From: a virus | Reading direction: 5' to 3' (one strand) | Length of the DNA: 64,000 nt | Virus record (IMG/VR): IMGVR_UViG_3300032164_000003 | Location: 27,089-91,088 of that record | In this document: piece by piece, positions 1 to 9,374 of the stretch | Layout: every line of letters begins with the position of its first letter | How positions within the stretch are numbered: the stretch's first letter is position 1 | Position numbers and translations under genes: made by a program | The notes under the pieces: generated by a model | The model's input: only the letters and a program-made list of their open reading frames with translations | The model's database searches: none | Told to the model about the DNA's origin: nothing

Positions 1-351
1 GGACCATGTACGGCCTTCCTTGTCTTCCTCGTCCTCCAGCTTGATCATTACAACTGCTTTCAAGCACTTTTCCAGGTCAATCTCTTCCTTCGTTACATCC
101 AAGCCGCAGGCGCGCGCCCACTTGTATAGCTTAGATAGCTCGGAGAACTTAGCAGAGGTTAATCCTGTAACCCTTACCTTGCCCTCTAGGGGCTTGTCTT
201 CGTTGGTGGCATTCTTTACCAGGAAGGTCCACTGATAGAAGGTGCCATCATCGAACTTACCGCCGGATTTCTCCTCAATGTTTGCTACCACAGCCTTGTA
301 CTTTCCTTCATCCACGTGCACGTTCTGCGTCTTCTTGATCTTCATTGCCAT
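1..351 (-). CDS. putative ssDNA-binding / DUF669-like replication protein (partial, runs off window)
   Basis: Translated by hand, not in track: ATG at 351 after AGGAG, MAMKIKKTQNVHVDEGKYKAVVANIEEK...FYQWTFLV...KLYKWARACG; beta-rich pattern; last visible gene of the recA operon. Confidence 0.5.
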   Translation of the reverse strand, partial: MAMKIKKTQNVHVDEGKYKAVVANIEEKSGGKFDDGTFYQWTFLVKNATNEDKPLEGKVRVTGLTSAKFSELSKLYKWARACGLDVTKEEIDLEKCLKAVVMIKLEDEEDKEGRTWS

Positions 352-363
352 GTTACTGTTCTC

Positions 364-945
364 CTATCTGTGGGTTACTTGTTCAAGAGACAATGCTTTT
401 ACTTGTTTACCTAGCGTAGTCAGTACCGATGTCAAATCCTTTTTCTTGGTTTCTATCATAAGCATGAAGCTCTGCGATTCGTCCAACTTGTCTTGGAATT
501 TTCTTAGTGTCCGTCTCTCCTTCCCAACTGCATTCTTTACTGCCGCAGTTGCTTTCATGTTCGTCATTTCTGCAATATCTTCCCTTCCCAGCAATCTGTA
601 TTCTTTGTCCTCTATGTAGCCATCCATAAGATTTACTAGCCGCTTCCATCTGGAATGATTGTCTATCGCGTTTACCTCTATAGCGGTAACCCGTGATGAC
701 CATGATTGCGCAATTGCATAAAGCTTGTTTATTGACGATAGATCCTTGAAATCTGGGCTGTGCGGAAGCTCTACAAGATATCCCTGTATCTCGTCTTTCT
801 CGGACCGGTAATTTGGGCATGCTGACTTAGCAATCTTATACTCTTCCTTGATCAAGGATACCTTGTCCTTTTCGTTCATGTCCTCTGGATCGTCGCTAAG
901 AGTGGCATCCATGGGCTTTTTCTTTACAACCATTTTACTACTCAT
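364..945 (-). CDS. hypothetical helical protein, possibly UvsY-like recombination mediator
   Basis: 193 aa, coiled-coil C-half, two genes downstream of recA; function inferred. Confidence 0.4.
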   Translation of the reverse strand: MSSKMVVKKKPMDATLSDDPEDMNEKDKVSLIKEEYKIAKSACPNYRSEKDEIQGYLVELPHSPDFKDLSSINKLYAIAQSWSSRVTAIEVNAIDNHSRWKRLVNLMDGYIEDKEYRLLGREDIAEMTNMKATAAVKNAVGKERRTLRKFQDKLDESQSFMLMIETKKKDLTSVLTTLGKQVKALSLEQVTHR

Positions 946-1231
946 CTAGCACCTTCTCTGCATCTCGCTCATTTTGCTGGCTTTGTACGGCATGTTTTAT
1001 TCCTAAAAGTATTTCCTTAATAACCGCATCAAGTTTTATTGCCCGTCGAATGTCTGTTTGCGTGGCAAGATACGCAGCCTTCGCTAAATTCTTATCGATC
1101 AGATCTGCATCCTCTTTCTTTATAGCGCCGTCTGTATCTTCTGCATATTGTGTTCCGAAACTTACCGAGGCTATATCACCGTTTGGAAACTTATGAGAAA
1201 AGGTTGCATCGAAATGTTTCTCAATCTTCAC
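938..1231 (-). CDS. hypothetical protein
   Basis: 97 aa, overlaps both neighbours in operon fashion. Confidence 0.6.
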   Translation of the reverse strand: MKIEKHFDATFSHKFPNGDIASVSFGTQYAEDTDGAIKKEDADLIDKNLAKAAYLATQTDIRRAIKLDAVIKEILLGIKHAVQSQQNERDAEKVLDE

Positions 1232-3287
1232 TGGTTGCCCTTTCTATCTTTATATCGGCAATGATAGACTCGTAGGTGTCTCGGTTTTCTTTCAGCACTG
1301 TTATAGCCCCAACCTTGCCCTTACCTAGCAAGTCACCCTTGTAATAATACTTCGTTCCTCGGAGTTCTACGATATCTTTTTCTTCGGCCATAGCAAGTAG
1401 TTCTGCTTCTTTACTAAAGCCGCTGCCAAATATAAGGTCTGTTTGGATCACCTTGAATGGGGGAGCAAGTTTATTCTTTACGATCTTTACCTGAACGCGG
1501 TTTCCCACAATCTTTTCCTTTAGTTTCAGGCTTCCTATACGCCGAATGTCCACGCGAACACTGGCGTAGAACTTTAGCGCGTTGCCGCCGGATGTCGTTT
1601 CTGGATTGCCAAACATTACTCCAATTTTGTGCCGTACTTGATTAATAAAGATGGCCAGCGTCCCAGTCCGCGCGACAGGTGTACTTATTTTACGCATGCC
1701 TTGGCCCATCAACCTGGCCTGTGCGCCCATCTGGGCATCACCCATGTTTCCGTCAATCTCAGACTGTGGAGTGAGCGCGGACACAGAGTCAATGACCGCG
1801 ACGTCGAACTTACCAGAAGAAACAGCCATCTCAAAGATTTCTAGGGCCTGTTCCCCAGAGTCCGGCTGACTGATAACAAGCTTTGCCGGGTCTACCCCAA
1901 TCTTCATGGCAAGATTCATATCTAATGCATGTTCTGCATCGATAAAGATAGCTTGTCCACCTGCTCTCTGCGCCTCCGCGATGCAATGGAGAGCTAGCGT
2001 AGTATTATGTGTGACTATAAAATCGTCTGTAATGTAAAGGTGGTCAGGATCGTCTATTAATATGCAGCTGGCTTCTTTTTTTCCAACTGGAATTATGTCT
2101 GTTATCCACCTATTTAAGTAGTCACACTTTGCAGTACTTCTGTTATTAAGAAGTACATTTTTCTTCCTGGACAAGCGGAAGGGCATTAGATTATGGGGAA
2201 GCATGATTATAATACGATACGCTCGCTTACCCGAAACACACGCCCCGGCTTTTATGTAATGTGTTTTCTTTGTGGCTACATTTACTTTACCGCCTAAACT
2301 GCGTACGATATGTGTTACACCATCTTTTAACCATGGGCTGGTAGTAATGTACTCTAGCGATTGATGCGCCTTGCAAATGTGCCCATCAGTGTCAAGGAGC
2401 CCCTGTAATACTGCAAGGCGATCTTCTACTGAGGAGTACAAATAACAATCTGGTATAAACTTAACTGGGGATGTATGATTGTGTAAGTTTAATTCCTCTA
2501 GTATATTTCTTAGTGGTGCCTTTTCGTGCGATCTTGTTTTTTTTGATATACTGTAATCATACTTAGACACCTGGGTTACTTTTTGATTAGTGCTCATTGC
2601 ATAATCTACTATGGCGTCCACAATTTCTGCATCTGTGGTGCTCATTCTGATTGTAGCATTTCTAAAACAACCATCACCAAGTAGCAAGCCAAGTATATAT
2701 GGATCTAATGGCAACTCCTTTTTCGGAAAATTTATAGGTGACACCATTGGAATATAGTATTTAAATCTGTCGGTTAACTTAAAATCGATCATTAGTTCGG
2801 TAAGCGGTAGAACGCGCCACAAATCATTTTCTTTATCATCCCAAGTTTGAACGGCCCACAGGTGATCTCTACAGCATTCTGTGCTGCTTCCATCAGAGAA
2901 AACAACTTTGAAAATTTCTTTTTCTCCCTGCGGAAATACACCAAGTACTACTGATGGCTTTCCGCTAGAAGAAAATACGATGCTTCCTGGAAACAGGTCC
3001 CTTATAGTTTTCCACCCACGCGGAGTTAGCACCTTGGAATCTAGCGGTTGCGCTTTTCCACCCCCCTCAGGTCCGTATATTTCTACGATCCTGCCTCGCG
3101 GGAACCCGCCGATTCCTAGGGCCTCGTCAACCCAAAACGAACCGGTAGATATTACATCCACTCTCTCTGTGGACATATCATCCATTTTACGAACGCATGC
3201 TTTACCATGCTTCTTTTGAATCTCGTACAGGATTTCATCGATGGACTTATCTGTGAGATCTGCCTTTGGTACTCTCTTTTTTGCCAC
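1221..3287 (-). CDS. recA: RecA recombinase, intein-containing
   Basis: GIGGFPRGRIVEIYGPEGGGK..TT, FIDAEHALD, SQPDSGEQALEI, IDSVSAL, GAQARLM, FINQVR, GGNALKFYASVR; GTG start at 3287 after AAGGAG. Confidence 0.97.
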   Translation of the reverse strand: MAKKRVPKADLTDKSIDEILYEIQKKHGKACVRKMDDMSTERVDVISTGSFWVDEALGIGGFPRGRIVEIYGPEGGGKAQPLDSKVLTPRGWKTIRDLFPGSIVFSSSGKPSVVLGVFPQGEKEIFKVVFSDGSSTECCRDHLWAVQTWDDKENDLWRVLPLTELMIDFKLTDRFKYYIPMVSPINFPKKELPLDPYILGLLLGDGCFRNATIRMSTTDAEIVDAIVDYAMSTNQKVTQVSKYDYSISKKTRSHEKAPLRNILEELNLHNHTSPVKFIPDCYLYSSVEDRLAVLQGLLDTDGHICKAHQSLEYITTSPWLKDGVTHIVRSLGGKVNVATKKTHYIKAGACVSGKRAYRIIIMLPHNLMPFRLSRKKNVLLNNRSTAKCDYLNRWITDIIPVGKKEASCILIDDPDHLYITDDFIVTHNTTLALHCIAEAQRAGGQAIFIDAEHALDMNLAMKIGVDPAKLVISQPDSGEQALEIFEMAVSSGKFDVAVIDSVSALTPQSEIDGNMGDAQMGAQARLMGQGMRKISTPVARTGTLAIFINQVRHKIGVMFGNPETTSGGNALKFYASVRVDIRRIGSLKLKEKIVGNRVQVKIVKNKLAPPFKVIQTDLIFGSGFSKEAELLAMAEEKDIVELRGTKYYYKGDLLGKGKVGAITVLKENRDTYESIIADIKIERATSED
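2004..3053 (-). mobile_element. class 3 intein with LAGLIDADG homing endonuclease in RecA Walker A (350 aa)
   Basis: GGGK|AQPLDSKVLTPRGWK...DHLW...LGLLLGDG...LQGLLDTDG...EASCIL...IVTHN|TT. Confidence 0.93.
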
Positions 3288-3300
3288 GGTGCGCTCCTTT

Positions 3301-6300
3301 TTATAATTCAACGACTTCCAAAGTTCCCAGTGTGGTTCCAATCTCGAAGTCCAGTTTCATCTTGCACAAAAACCCAGGAAAAGCAGTCGCGACAACTTTA
3401 TTCATAACATTGATCAAAGATTCTTCCTGTCCCTTTTTTACTTGAATCACATTAGCGTCGTGAATGGTTGTCATAGGATAACAAGTTATACCTTCTTTCT
3501 TTGCTAACCGAAGGGTCATTACCATGTAGTGATTATTCATATCAGAGGCGAGCCCTTGGATTGGACTATTCCGAGCTTGGCGCTCTGCTTCTGCCTGCAC
3601 CATCTTGTCATAACTGTCGATCTCTGGTAGCCTTCTAATACGACCCATCCATGTTTTAACTGTCTTGTATTCATGCGCCTGCTGCACTTGCTTATCCAAC
3701 CAAATTGAGGCGTCAGGATACTTTTGGAAGAATAGATCGCGCACTGCTTCTGCCTCGTCCTCAGTTATCCCGTATTGTTTAGCAATGGCCTTTACACCAC
3801 GCCCATACATTAATCCAAACACGCAATCGAGTGTATAAAAACCATTGGCTACCATAACCTTATCACCTGTTGTAACAAAGTCGTACACAGGCAATTTACC
3901 AATATGTTTTATCGCAGTTATTTTAACAGAATAAATATTATTTTTTACCAATGTGTCTATTGTACTGTTAATCCCAAAACAATACTTCCTTAGAAAAGAA
4001 TGTGTTAATTTCTTTCTGATTTTAATTCCATACCGTACATCACAATTAGTATGGTGTGTCCGATAAAATTGGTTAACATTATGCAAAAACTTCCTTCCAC
4101 GATTCTGTCTAGGGTATGCCCATCCTTTTGGTACATGCACACCAACCGTGTCCACCAACAGTGCCAATTCGTCAGTATTGGTGATTTGTATATTGTAAAA
4201 TACGCGTCCATGGTTTGGGTGTTCAATAGCTATTTTGGGATATATGCCAAACCCACGTAACAATAAACACAGGGCGTCACATGTGTCTCGGCAAACAGTT
4301 CCAGCGCATGCCCTGTCCCATTTAAACGTGCCGTCCCCCAAAAAGTATCCTTGTAAAAAGGCTTTTTGAACATCCGTTGGAGACATAATAATCTTGTCTG
4401 GAAATGTTTTAAATCCTTTCTTATTTCCTGGAGTCATTCCAAGGTACTTCAAAAATTCAACAAACTCTAAGGAGGTTACAGCCCAAGTAACAAGGCCATT
4501 ACGTTTGTCAATATATCGCTTAACTCTGGCACCAAATATTTTTTTGCTCAAAACATCAATCATGTTCACAAATTTGCCCTTTTGACACCACCGTACATAA
4601 ACATGTCTAGTCCTGGTATTTATAGAGCCCTCTGCCAAAATAAAACCCAACAGGTACCCTAATTCCGGAGTTAGTACCCAGCGCCTAAAGATAGGCTTGA
4701 AAGATGTTCTTCTGTCGCCTACAAAACTCCAAGTAATGTACTTCTTTTGTTTGTTCCGTGGTGTGCAAGATAATATGTAGTCCCCATTGGATAGTTCAGA
4801 TAATTTCTTAGTGATCACATTACCATGTACATCGATTACATAAAATGGGTGATTGGCTGTACATTTTATGCTGCCACATTCAGTGTCCACCAAATAAACA
4901 TTGTCTAGTTTAGTAACTGTTTTCAGAACAGTTTGGCGACGATTAAGATGATCTAAAACAATATCGCCCTTGTTAATACTGTTTATCTGTCTTAGACCGA
5001 CACTTGTAGGTATCCAGGTATCCCCCGAAACACAATTTTTCGCGGCGGTGCGTTGTTCCTTTGTGACAGCATCCTCCGTTGTGCCAAATATCTCTGCAGC
5101 AATCTTGCGATGGATGTCCAAGCCTGCTTCAATATCTGCGATCATCTGTGCATCTTCAGAATAGTGCGCCCAGCACCGGAACTCTGCTTGGGCAAGGTCT
5201 GACTTTACTATGGTCATCCCCGGATCTGCCAAGAAGCATTCTTTCAAATCAGCTGCGTTTCTAGGGATGTTTTGGAAGTTGGGGTTTTGACTAGCGATAC
5301 GACCAGTTACAGTGCGGTGCTGCATATACCCGGGGTGCACGCGTCCATCAAACTTTGACTTACTGTAAATAGACTTAATGTAAGTTGAAAGGAACTTGGT
5401 CAATTGCCGGTATTCTATAATCTGCTTTGCCAGATTTACATTATCTTCGCTAGCAAGGAGCTTTAATGTTTCTTCGTTAGTGCTATAGTCCCCTTTTCCA
5501 GTTTTATTTTCTGTTTCAAGCCCCATCATGTCAAAGAATATCTCTCGTAATTGCTTAGTAGACCCCGGGTTGAAGACCCAGTCATCTTCTTTTATTCTAA
5601 TCTTAGTGTAATCTGAAGCACAGGGAAAGCGCCCGCGCAATGTTTTAGATTGTTCCCACTTCGCCTCTAACATCTTGGAGGCGCGCATGTAGCGGATCTT
5701 CTGGTATTTACCTACTTCTTTATTCTCCATTATCGCAGCTAGGGCATTCCGAACCTTTGCAGTATATTTTTTACCAAGCTTCTTTAGCTTTTTGCGATCA
5801 ACGAGTATGCCGTGATACTCCATCTTTAGCAGAACCCATAATGTAGGGATCGTGTATGTGTTATAGAAATCTAGAAGGTTTTGCCGGAGCAATTCTTTTC
5901 TGAATTTTATAAACAAGCGGAACGTTGCGTCTCCGTCGCACTGGGCGTACGAGGAAAGTATAGAATAAGGAATGCGACTATATGTATAGTCATCCTTATT
6001 TATTTTATTCTTCTTCATGTCCTCTTTTTTGAAGTCTTCTAAATCTACCCAATACTCTCCCATGTCTAGATAGCGTAGAGTTAGCGTATCCAGTGACTTG
6101 TCTCGAAGATTTTCATTGAGTAAAGCAATCGCAGGTAGACAGTCAAAGATCGGATTCTTTACTCTTATCCCATTCGCGAGCAAAACCTGTATATCAAACT
6201 TAAGGTTATGTCCTACCTTGAGCTTCCCTTTAGCAGCAAGTATTCTTTGCAAACGATCCAGTTGTTGTGGTGTAAGTCTGTCCCAGCGGATAGTTACACC

Positions 6301-7035
6301 GAGCCCAATCGTCCAAGAAAATGATATAAGTAGTATTTTTGCGTCGTGTGGATTTAGTGATGTTGTCTCTAAGTCGAAAGCGAATTCATCGGCTCGTTCT
6401 AGAGCACGCAATACCGCATTTATTTGCTCCGGTGTCTTTGCATCGATATGTCTTGTCTGTACCTTGTCTTTCGCTCCCTTAACTTCCCCGTGCGCAGTCG
6501 ATTCTCTCTTTATTATTTCCAGACCCTTTTTAAGATCTGCCTCGGCAGAAGGATTTCTTAGAACATACGCAGGATGTACAACTGGCACTACCTTGACGTT
6601 GAATTCCTTACTGAATAGAACATTGTTCTGTATCTTAGTTATTCCTGTGCGTTTAAGGACTGCGTCAAGAGCTATATTCCCAATAACTCCAATTACATTT
6701 GGTTTGATCTTATTTATTTCAGCTATCAGATATTCTCGGCAAAGTGCTATTTCTAGCTTTGCTGGTTTCTGATTTTCATCCGGAGTCGCACACTTTATGG
6801 CGTTAGTTATATAAACTTGATCGCGATCTATGCCGACCTCTGCGAATAAGTCGGTAAGAACCTCACCGGACGCCCCAATGAATGGGATTCCTTTCCGATC
6901 TTCTTCCTGCCCCGGCGCTTCTCCTATAAACATTATCTTAGCGTCGGTCGGCCCAACACCGCGCAGTTTAGGAGAACAAATGTCAGCTGATTTGCGGGTG
7001 CACTTCTCAGAACAACCATGACGTGGATCTGCCAT
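3301..7035 (-). CDS. polA: family A DNA polymerase with N-terminal family-4 uracil-DNA glycosylase domain, 3'-5' exonuclease and intein
   Basis: UDG: IGEAPGQEED..G.PFIGASG, YITNAIKC, HPAYVLRN; exo: FDLETT, GHNLKFD, YAQCD; pol: TGRIASQNPNFQNIP, DLAQAEFR, RTAAKN/CVFGLMYG, NSPIQG, IHDA. Confidence 0.96.
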   Translation of the reverse strand: MADPRHGCSEKCTRKSADICSPKLRGVGPTDAKIMFIGEAPGQEEDRKGIPFIGASGEVLTDLFAEVGIDRDQVYITNAIKCATPDENQKPAKLEIALCREYLIAEINKIKPNVIGVIGNIALDAVLKRTGITKIQNNVLFSKEFNVKVVPVVHPAYVLRNPSAEADLKKGLEIIKRESTAHGEVKGAKDKVQTRHIDAKTPEQINAVLRALERADEFAFDLETTSLNPHDAKILLISFSWTIGLGVTIRWDRLTPQQLDRLQRILAAKGKLKVGHNLKFDIQVLLANGIRVKNPIFDCLPAIALLNENLRDKSLDTLTLRYLDMGEYWVDLEDFKKEDMKKNKINKDDYTYSRIPYSILSSYAQCDGDATFRLFIKFRKELLRQNLLDFYNTYTIPTLWVLLKMEYHGILVDRKKLKKLGKKYTAKVRNALAAIMENKEVGKYQKIRYMRASKMLEAKWEQSKTLRGRFPCASDYTKIRIKEDDWVFNPGSTKQLREIFFDMMGLETENKTGKGDYSTNEETLKLLASEDNVNLAKQIIEYRQLTKFLSTYIKSIYSKSKFDGRVHPGYMQHRTVTGRIASQNPNFQNIPRNAADLKECFLADPGMTIVKSDLAQAEFRCWAHYSEDAQMIADIEAGLDIHRKIAAEIFGTTEDAVTKEQRTAAKNCVSGDTWIPTSVGLRQINSINKGDIVLDHLNRRQTVLKTVTKLDNVYLVDTECGSIKCTANHPFYVIDVHGNVITKKLSELSNGDYILSCTPRNKQKKYITWSFVGDRRTSFKPIFRRWVLTPELGYLLGFILAEGSINTRTRHVYVRWCQKGKFVNMIDVLSKKIFGARVKRYIDKRNGLVTWAVTSLEFVEFLKYLGMTPGNKKGFKTFPDKIIMSPTDVQKAFLQGYFLGDGTFKWDRACAGTVCRDTCDALCLLLRGFGIYPKIAIEHPNHGRVFYNIQITNTDELALLVDTVGVHVPKGWAYPRQNRGRKFLHNVNQFYRTHHTNCDVRYGIKIRKKLTHSFLRKYCFGINSTIDTLVKNNIYSVKITAIKHIGKLPVYDFVTTGDKVMVANGFYTLDCVFGLMYGRGVKAIAKQYGITEDEAEAVRDLFFQKYPDASIWLDKQVQQAHEYKTVKTWMGRIRRLPEIDSYDKMVQAEAERQARNSPIQGLASDMNNHYMVMTLRLAKKEGITCYPMTTIHDANVIQVKKGQEESLINVMNKVVATAFPGFLCKMKLDFEIGTTLGTLEVVEL
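3826..5034 (-). mobile_element. intein with LAGLIDADG endonuclease in PolA motif B (403 aa), ends in Asp
   Basis: AAKN|CVSGDTWI...CTANHPF...LGFILAEG...LQGYFLGDG...VYDFVT..VANGFYTLD|CVFGLMYG. Confidence 0.9.
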
Positions 7036-7039
7036 GGTT

Positions 7040-7050
7040 GTATTATACTT
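7040..7050 (-). promoter_or_regulatory. TATAAT -10-like box upstream of polA
   Basis: minus strand AAGTATAATAC about 6 nt before the ATG; same GTATAAT upstream of helicase (13514), GT9 (27474) and gene 38373. Confidence 0.4.
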
Positions 7051-7111
7051 GAAGGCTTGGAAGTTTTTGGGAGCTTATAGAACTATTAGCGGAAGGATCA
7101 GCTTGCGGGTC

Positions 7112-8830
7112 CTACTTGTGCTTGATCGTGTACACGCCGCGCTTCGGGACCTTCAAGCCGATGTCCTCGCGCTTGAGATTGGACAGCATGACGGACACGT
7201 AGTTCTTTACCTTGTCCACGGACTTGTTGGCAGTTAGGCCACCTTTGATGATTGCCTTGGCCAACTCGTCTCGGGTATGCTCACCCTTGCCCAACAGGGT
7301 AAGAACCAATTCCTTAGCTGTGCCAGTGCGCGGGTTACGCTGTTTCTTAACATCGCGCACCTTATTGGTGGTTCCCTTTGGCCGACCGAGCTTGCGGTGC
7401 ATTTTTACCTTTTTGGTCTTCTTGATCTTCTTGATCATCTTCTTTGTCTTCTTTCTACCGCTCTTTCGCGGTTTCTCATTATCTTCCTCTTCTTCAGCAT
7501 CTTCCTCTTCTTCAGCATCTTCCTCTTCTTCAGCATCTTCCTCTTCTTCAGCATCTTCCTCTTCTTCAGCATCTTCCTCTTCTTCAGCTTCTTCAGCATC
7601 TTCCTCTTCCTTGGCTTCCTTAGCTGGCTTCTTTGCAGGGGCTACTGCGGCCTCATCTTCGTCGTCTGCATCGTCGTCCGTCTCTTCCTCTTCGTCCTCT
7701 TCCTCTTCGTCCTCTTCCTCTTCCGCCTCTTCCGCCTCTTCCTCTTCCTCTTCCTCGTCTTCAGCCACTTCTTCTTTCTCGGGCGCAGCCTTGCTCGTCG
7801 CTGCCTCTACTGGATCTTCCTCGTCCTTTTTGTTCTTCTCTTCCATCGCTTCCTCCACTGGCTTGACCTTGTAATTGGGTGGCACATCTAGTTCGTCATC
7901 GGTGGCAAGGATCTTGATCGTGACCTTCTTGGGAGATTTTGAAACGATCTGTATTTTCTTGCCGTGTGGTGTTACATATTGCTTCTTCAAAATCCCATCT
8001 TCGATACTGATGAATCCGTCGTCTGGCATGCTCTGCTCCTTTTCGTTTTCGGTTATCACATCAGAAAATTCTATCCTAAGTTTACTTTCTATCGGGTCGC
8101 CTTTCTTAGTATAAACTCCATCTGTCCTTATCTCATTATACCCCAAGTTTACATCCTTATCGGTTTTTTCTTCTTGGACTTCGAGTAATGGTGTCAAGAC
8201 AGCAGAGAATGTTTTCTTTATGTTCTTTATGCTGGCCCCAGAAATCAGCGACCACAGTTCAAGGCAAAGCCTGTGTTTCTCAGAAAGTTCAAGATGTTTA
8301 GCATATTCCATGATTTCCGGGATAGTGAGTTTTTGTGGCATTTGTTCCTCGCATATCTTGTCAATAACTGCGCGTTGTTTATCTGTAAGTGATTCGCTAA
8401 GGCAAACTAAATCTAACGGATCGCTTTTAGGCATCCGAGACAAACCGCTAAGATTTCCCTCAGGATCTTCAACAAGTATTCCATCGAGGGATTCCGCCAT
8501 AAAGTTTAGTTTACTCTTATGCGAATTCCTTTTCTTATGGTTATTGGTCAAAACATTATTGACCTTCATCCTCAGGAAATCTATAAAAGGTTTTCCCTGG
8601 TAACGTGGGCCATACCGTTGTAAACCTTGCCACAGGTGCAAATAAATGTCACCTATGGCATTTTCCTTATCATATTTGTCGGAACGATGCGCCGACTTGT
8701 GGACGTATCCCTCTACCATCGAGAAGAACTCGGTGGCATACTTATGGTCCAAATCCCAGGTTCCATCAGCCTTTTGTTTGGACGCCATGGCGTCCACGAT
8801 GCGCTGAAGCCGCTCGGGGTCTAGAGACAT
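7112..8830 (-). CDS. sigma70 region-2-like protein fused to long acidic tract, basic AT-hook segment and C-terminal winged-helix
   Basis: N-term D..GDIYLHLWQGLQRY....PFIDFLRMKVNNVL resembles ECF sigma region 2; E/D tract; KLGRPKG; TAKELVLTLL..TRDELAKAI..YVSVMLSNLK..PKRGVYTI wHTH. Confidence 0.55.
   Translation of the reverse strand: MSLDPERLQRIVDAMASKQKADGTWDLDHKYATEFFSMVEGYVHKSAHRSDKYDKENAIGDIYLHLWQGLQRYGPRYQGKPFIDFLRMKVNNVLTNNHKKRNSHKSKLNFMAESLDGILVEDPEGNLSGLSRMPKSDPLDLVCLSESLTDKQRAVIDKICEEQMPQKLTIPEIMEYAKHLELSEKHRLCLELWSLISGASIKNIKKTFSAVLTPLLEVQEEKTDKDVNLGYNEIRTDGVYTKKGDPIESKLRIEFSDVITENEKEQSMPDDGFISIEDGILKKQYVTPHGKKIQIVSKSPKKVTIKILATDDELDVPPNYKVKPVEEAMEEKNKKDEEDPVEAATSKAAPEKEEVAEDEEEEEEEAEEAEEEEDEEEEDEEEETDDDADDEDEAAVAPAKKPAKEAKEEEDAEEAEEEEDAEEEEDAEEEEDAEEEEDAEEEEDAEEEEDNEKPRKSGRKKTKKMIKKIKKTKKVKMHRKLGRPKGTTNKVRDVKKQRNPRTGTAKELVLTLLGKGEHTRDELAKAIIKGGLTANKSVDKVKNYVSVMLSNLKREDIGLKVPKRGVYTIKHK
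7482..7589. repeat. 18-bp tandem repeat x6 encoding AEEEED
   Basis: TCTTCCTCTTCTTCAGCA five perfect copies plus one near-perfect copy. Confidence 0.95.
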
Positions 8831-8863
8831 AAGTTTCCTCCGGGGAAGTTTGGCAAGGCTCGT

Positions 8864-8891
8864 ATGGTAAGCGTGATACCAGGAAAGTCAA
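8864..8891 (-). promoter_or_regulatory. sigma70-type promoter for the sigma-like gene
   Basis: minus strand TTGACT-N16-TACCAT with upstream A-tract in the 8831-8915 gap. Confidence 0.55.
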
Positions 8892-8915
8892 GCTATTTTT
8901 TCAATGCTCACTAAC

Positions 8916-9374
8916 TTATTGATTTTCAACGAGTTTAGAAATCTTACGCATACCACGATGAACAAAGGTTGCCACTTCTAGTAATGTGGCCTCTGGTCGA
9001 TCTGCTAAGGACTTAACGTCAATAAATAATGAATCGAACATGTCGTACAGTTTGAATTTTACCTTCTGTGTGCAATCTATCAATATTAAGCTAAGCTCTG
9101 TTTCGGCGCGGGACTTTAGGGTATCAACCTTCTCAGTAACATGATCCTTAGTCTCCGTAAAGATATCTACTATGGTGCGAAAGTCTATATCATAGAGATC
9201 CTGTATATCTTTAGCCTTTCCGTGGGCACCGCAACCAAAGCAGTGAAAGCTGCCGTCTGGGTAAACAACGAACGAGGCGTCCAATTCTTTATGAAACGGA
9301 CAAATAGATTTCCACCTATCACCGGTTTTCTTAAGTTCAATTCCGATTTCCTTGTAAAATGATTCAATGTTCAA
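8916..9374 (-). CDS. stand-alone CHC2 zinc-finger (primase zinc-binding domain) protein
   Basis: CPFHKE..ASFVVYPDGSFHCFGCGAHG; no TOPRIM domain in 152 aa. Confidence 0.85.
   Translation of the reverse strand: MNIESFYKEIGIELKKTGDRWKSICPFHKELDASFVVYPDGSFHCFGCGAHGKAKDIQDLYDIDFRTIVDIFTETKDHVTEKVDTLKSRAETELSLILIDCTQKVKFKLYDMFDSLFIDVKSLADRPEATLLEVATFVHRGMRKISKLVENQ

Noticed and set aside
3288-3341. Track start of recA at 3341
   Set aside because: Overlaps polA end; GTG at 3287 has a proper AAGGAG RBS
7212-7891. Plus-strand poly-Ser and Phe/Leu-rich ORFs
   Set aside because: Antisense reading of the acidic repeat
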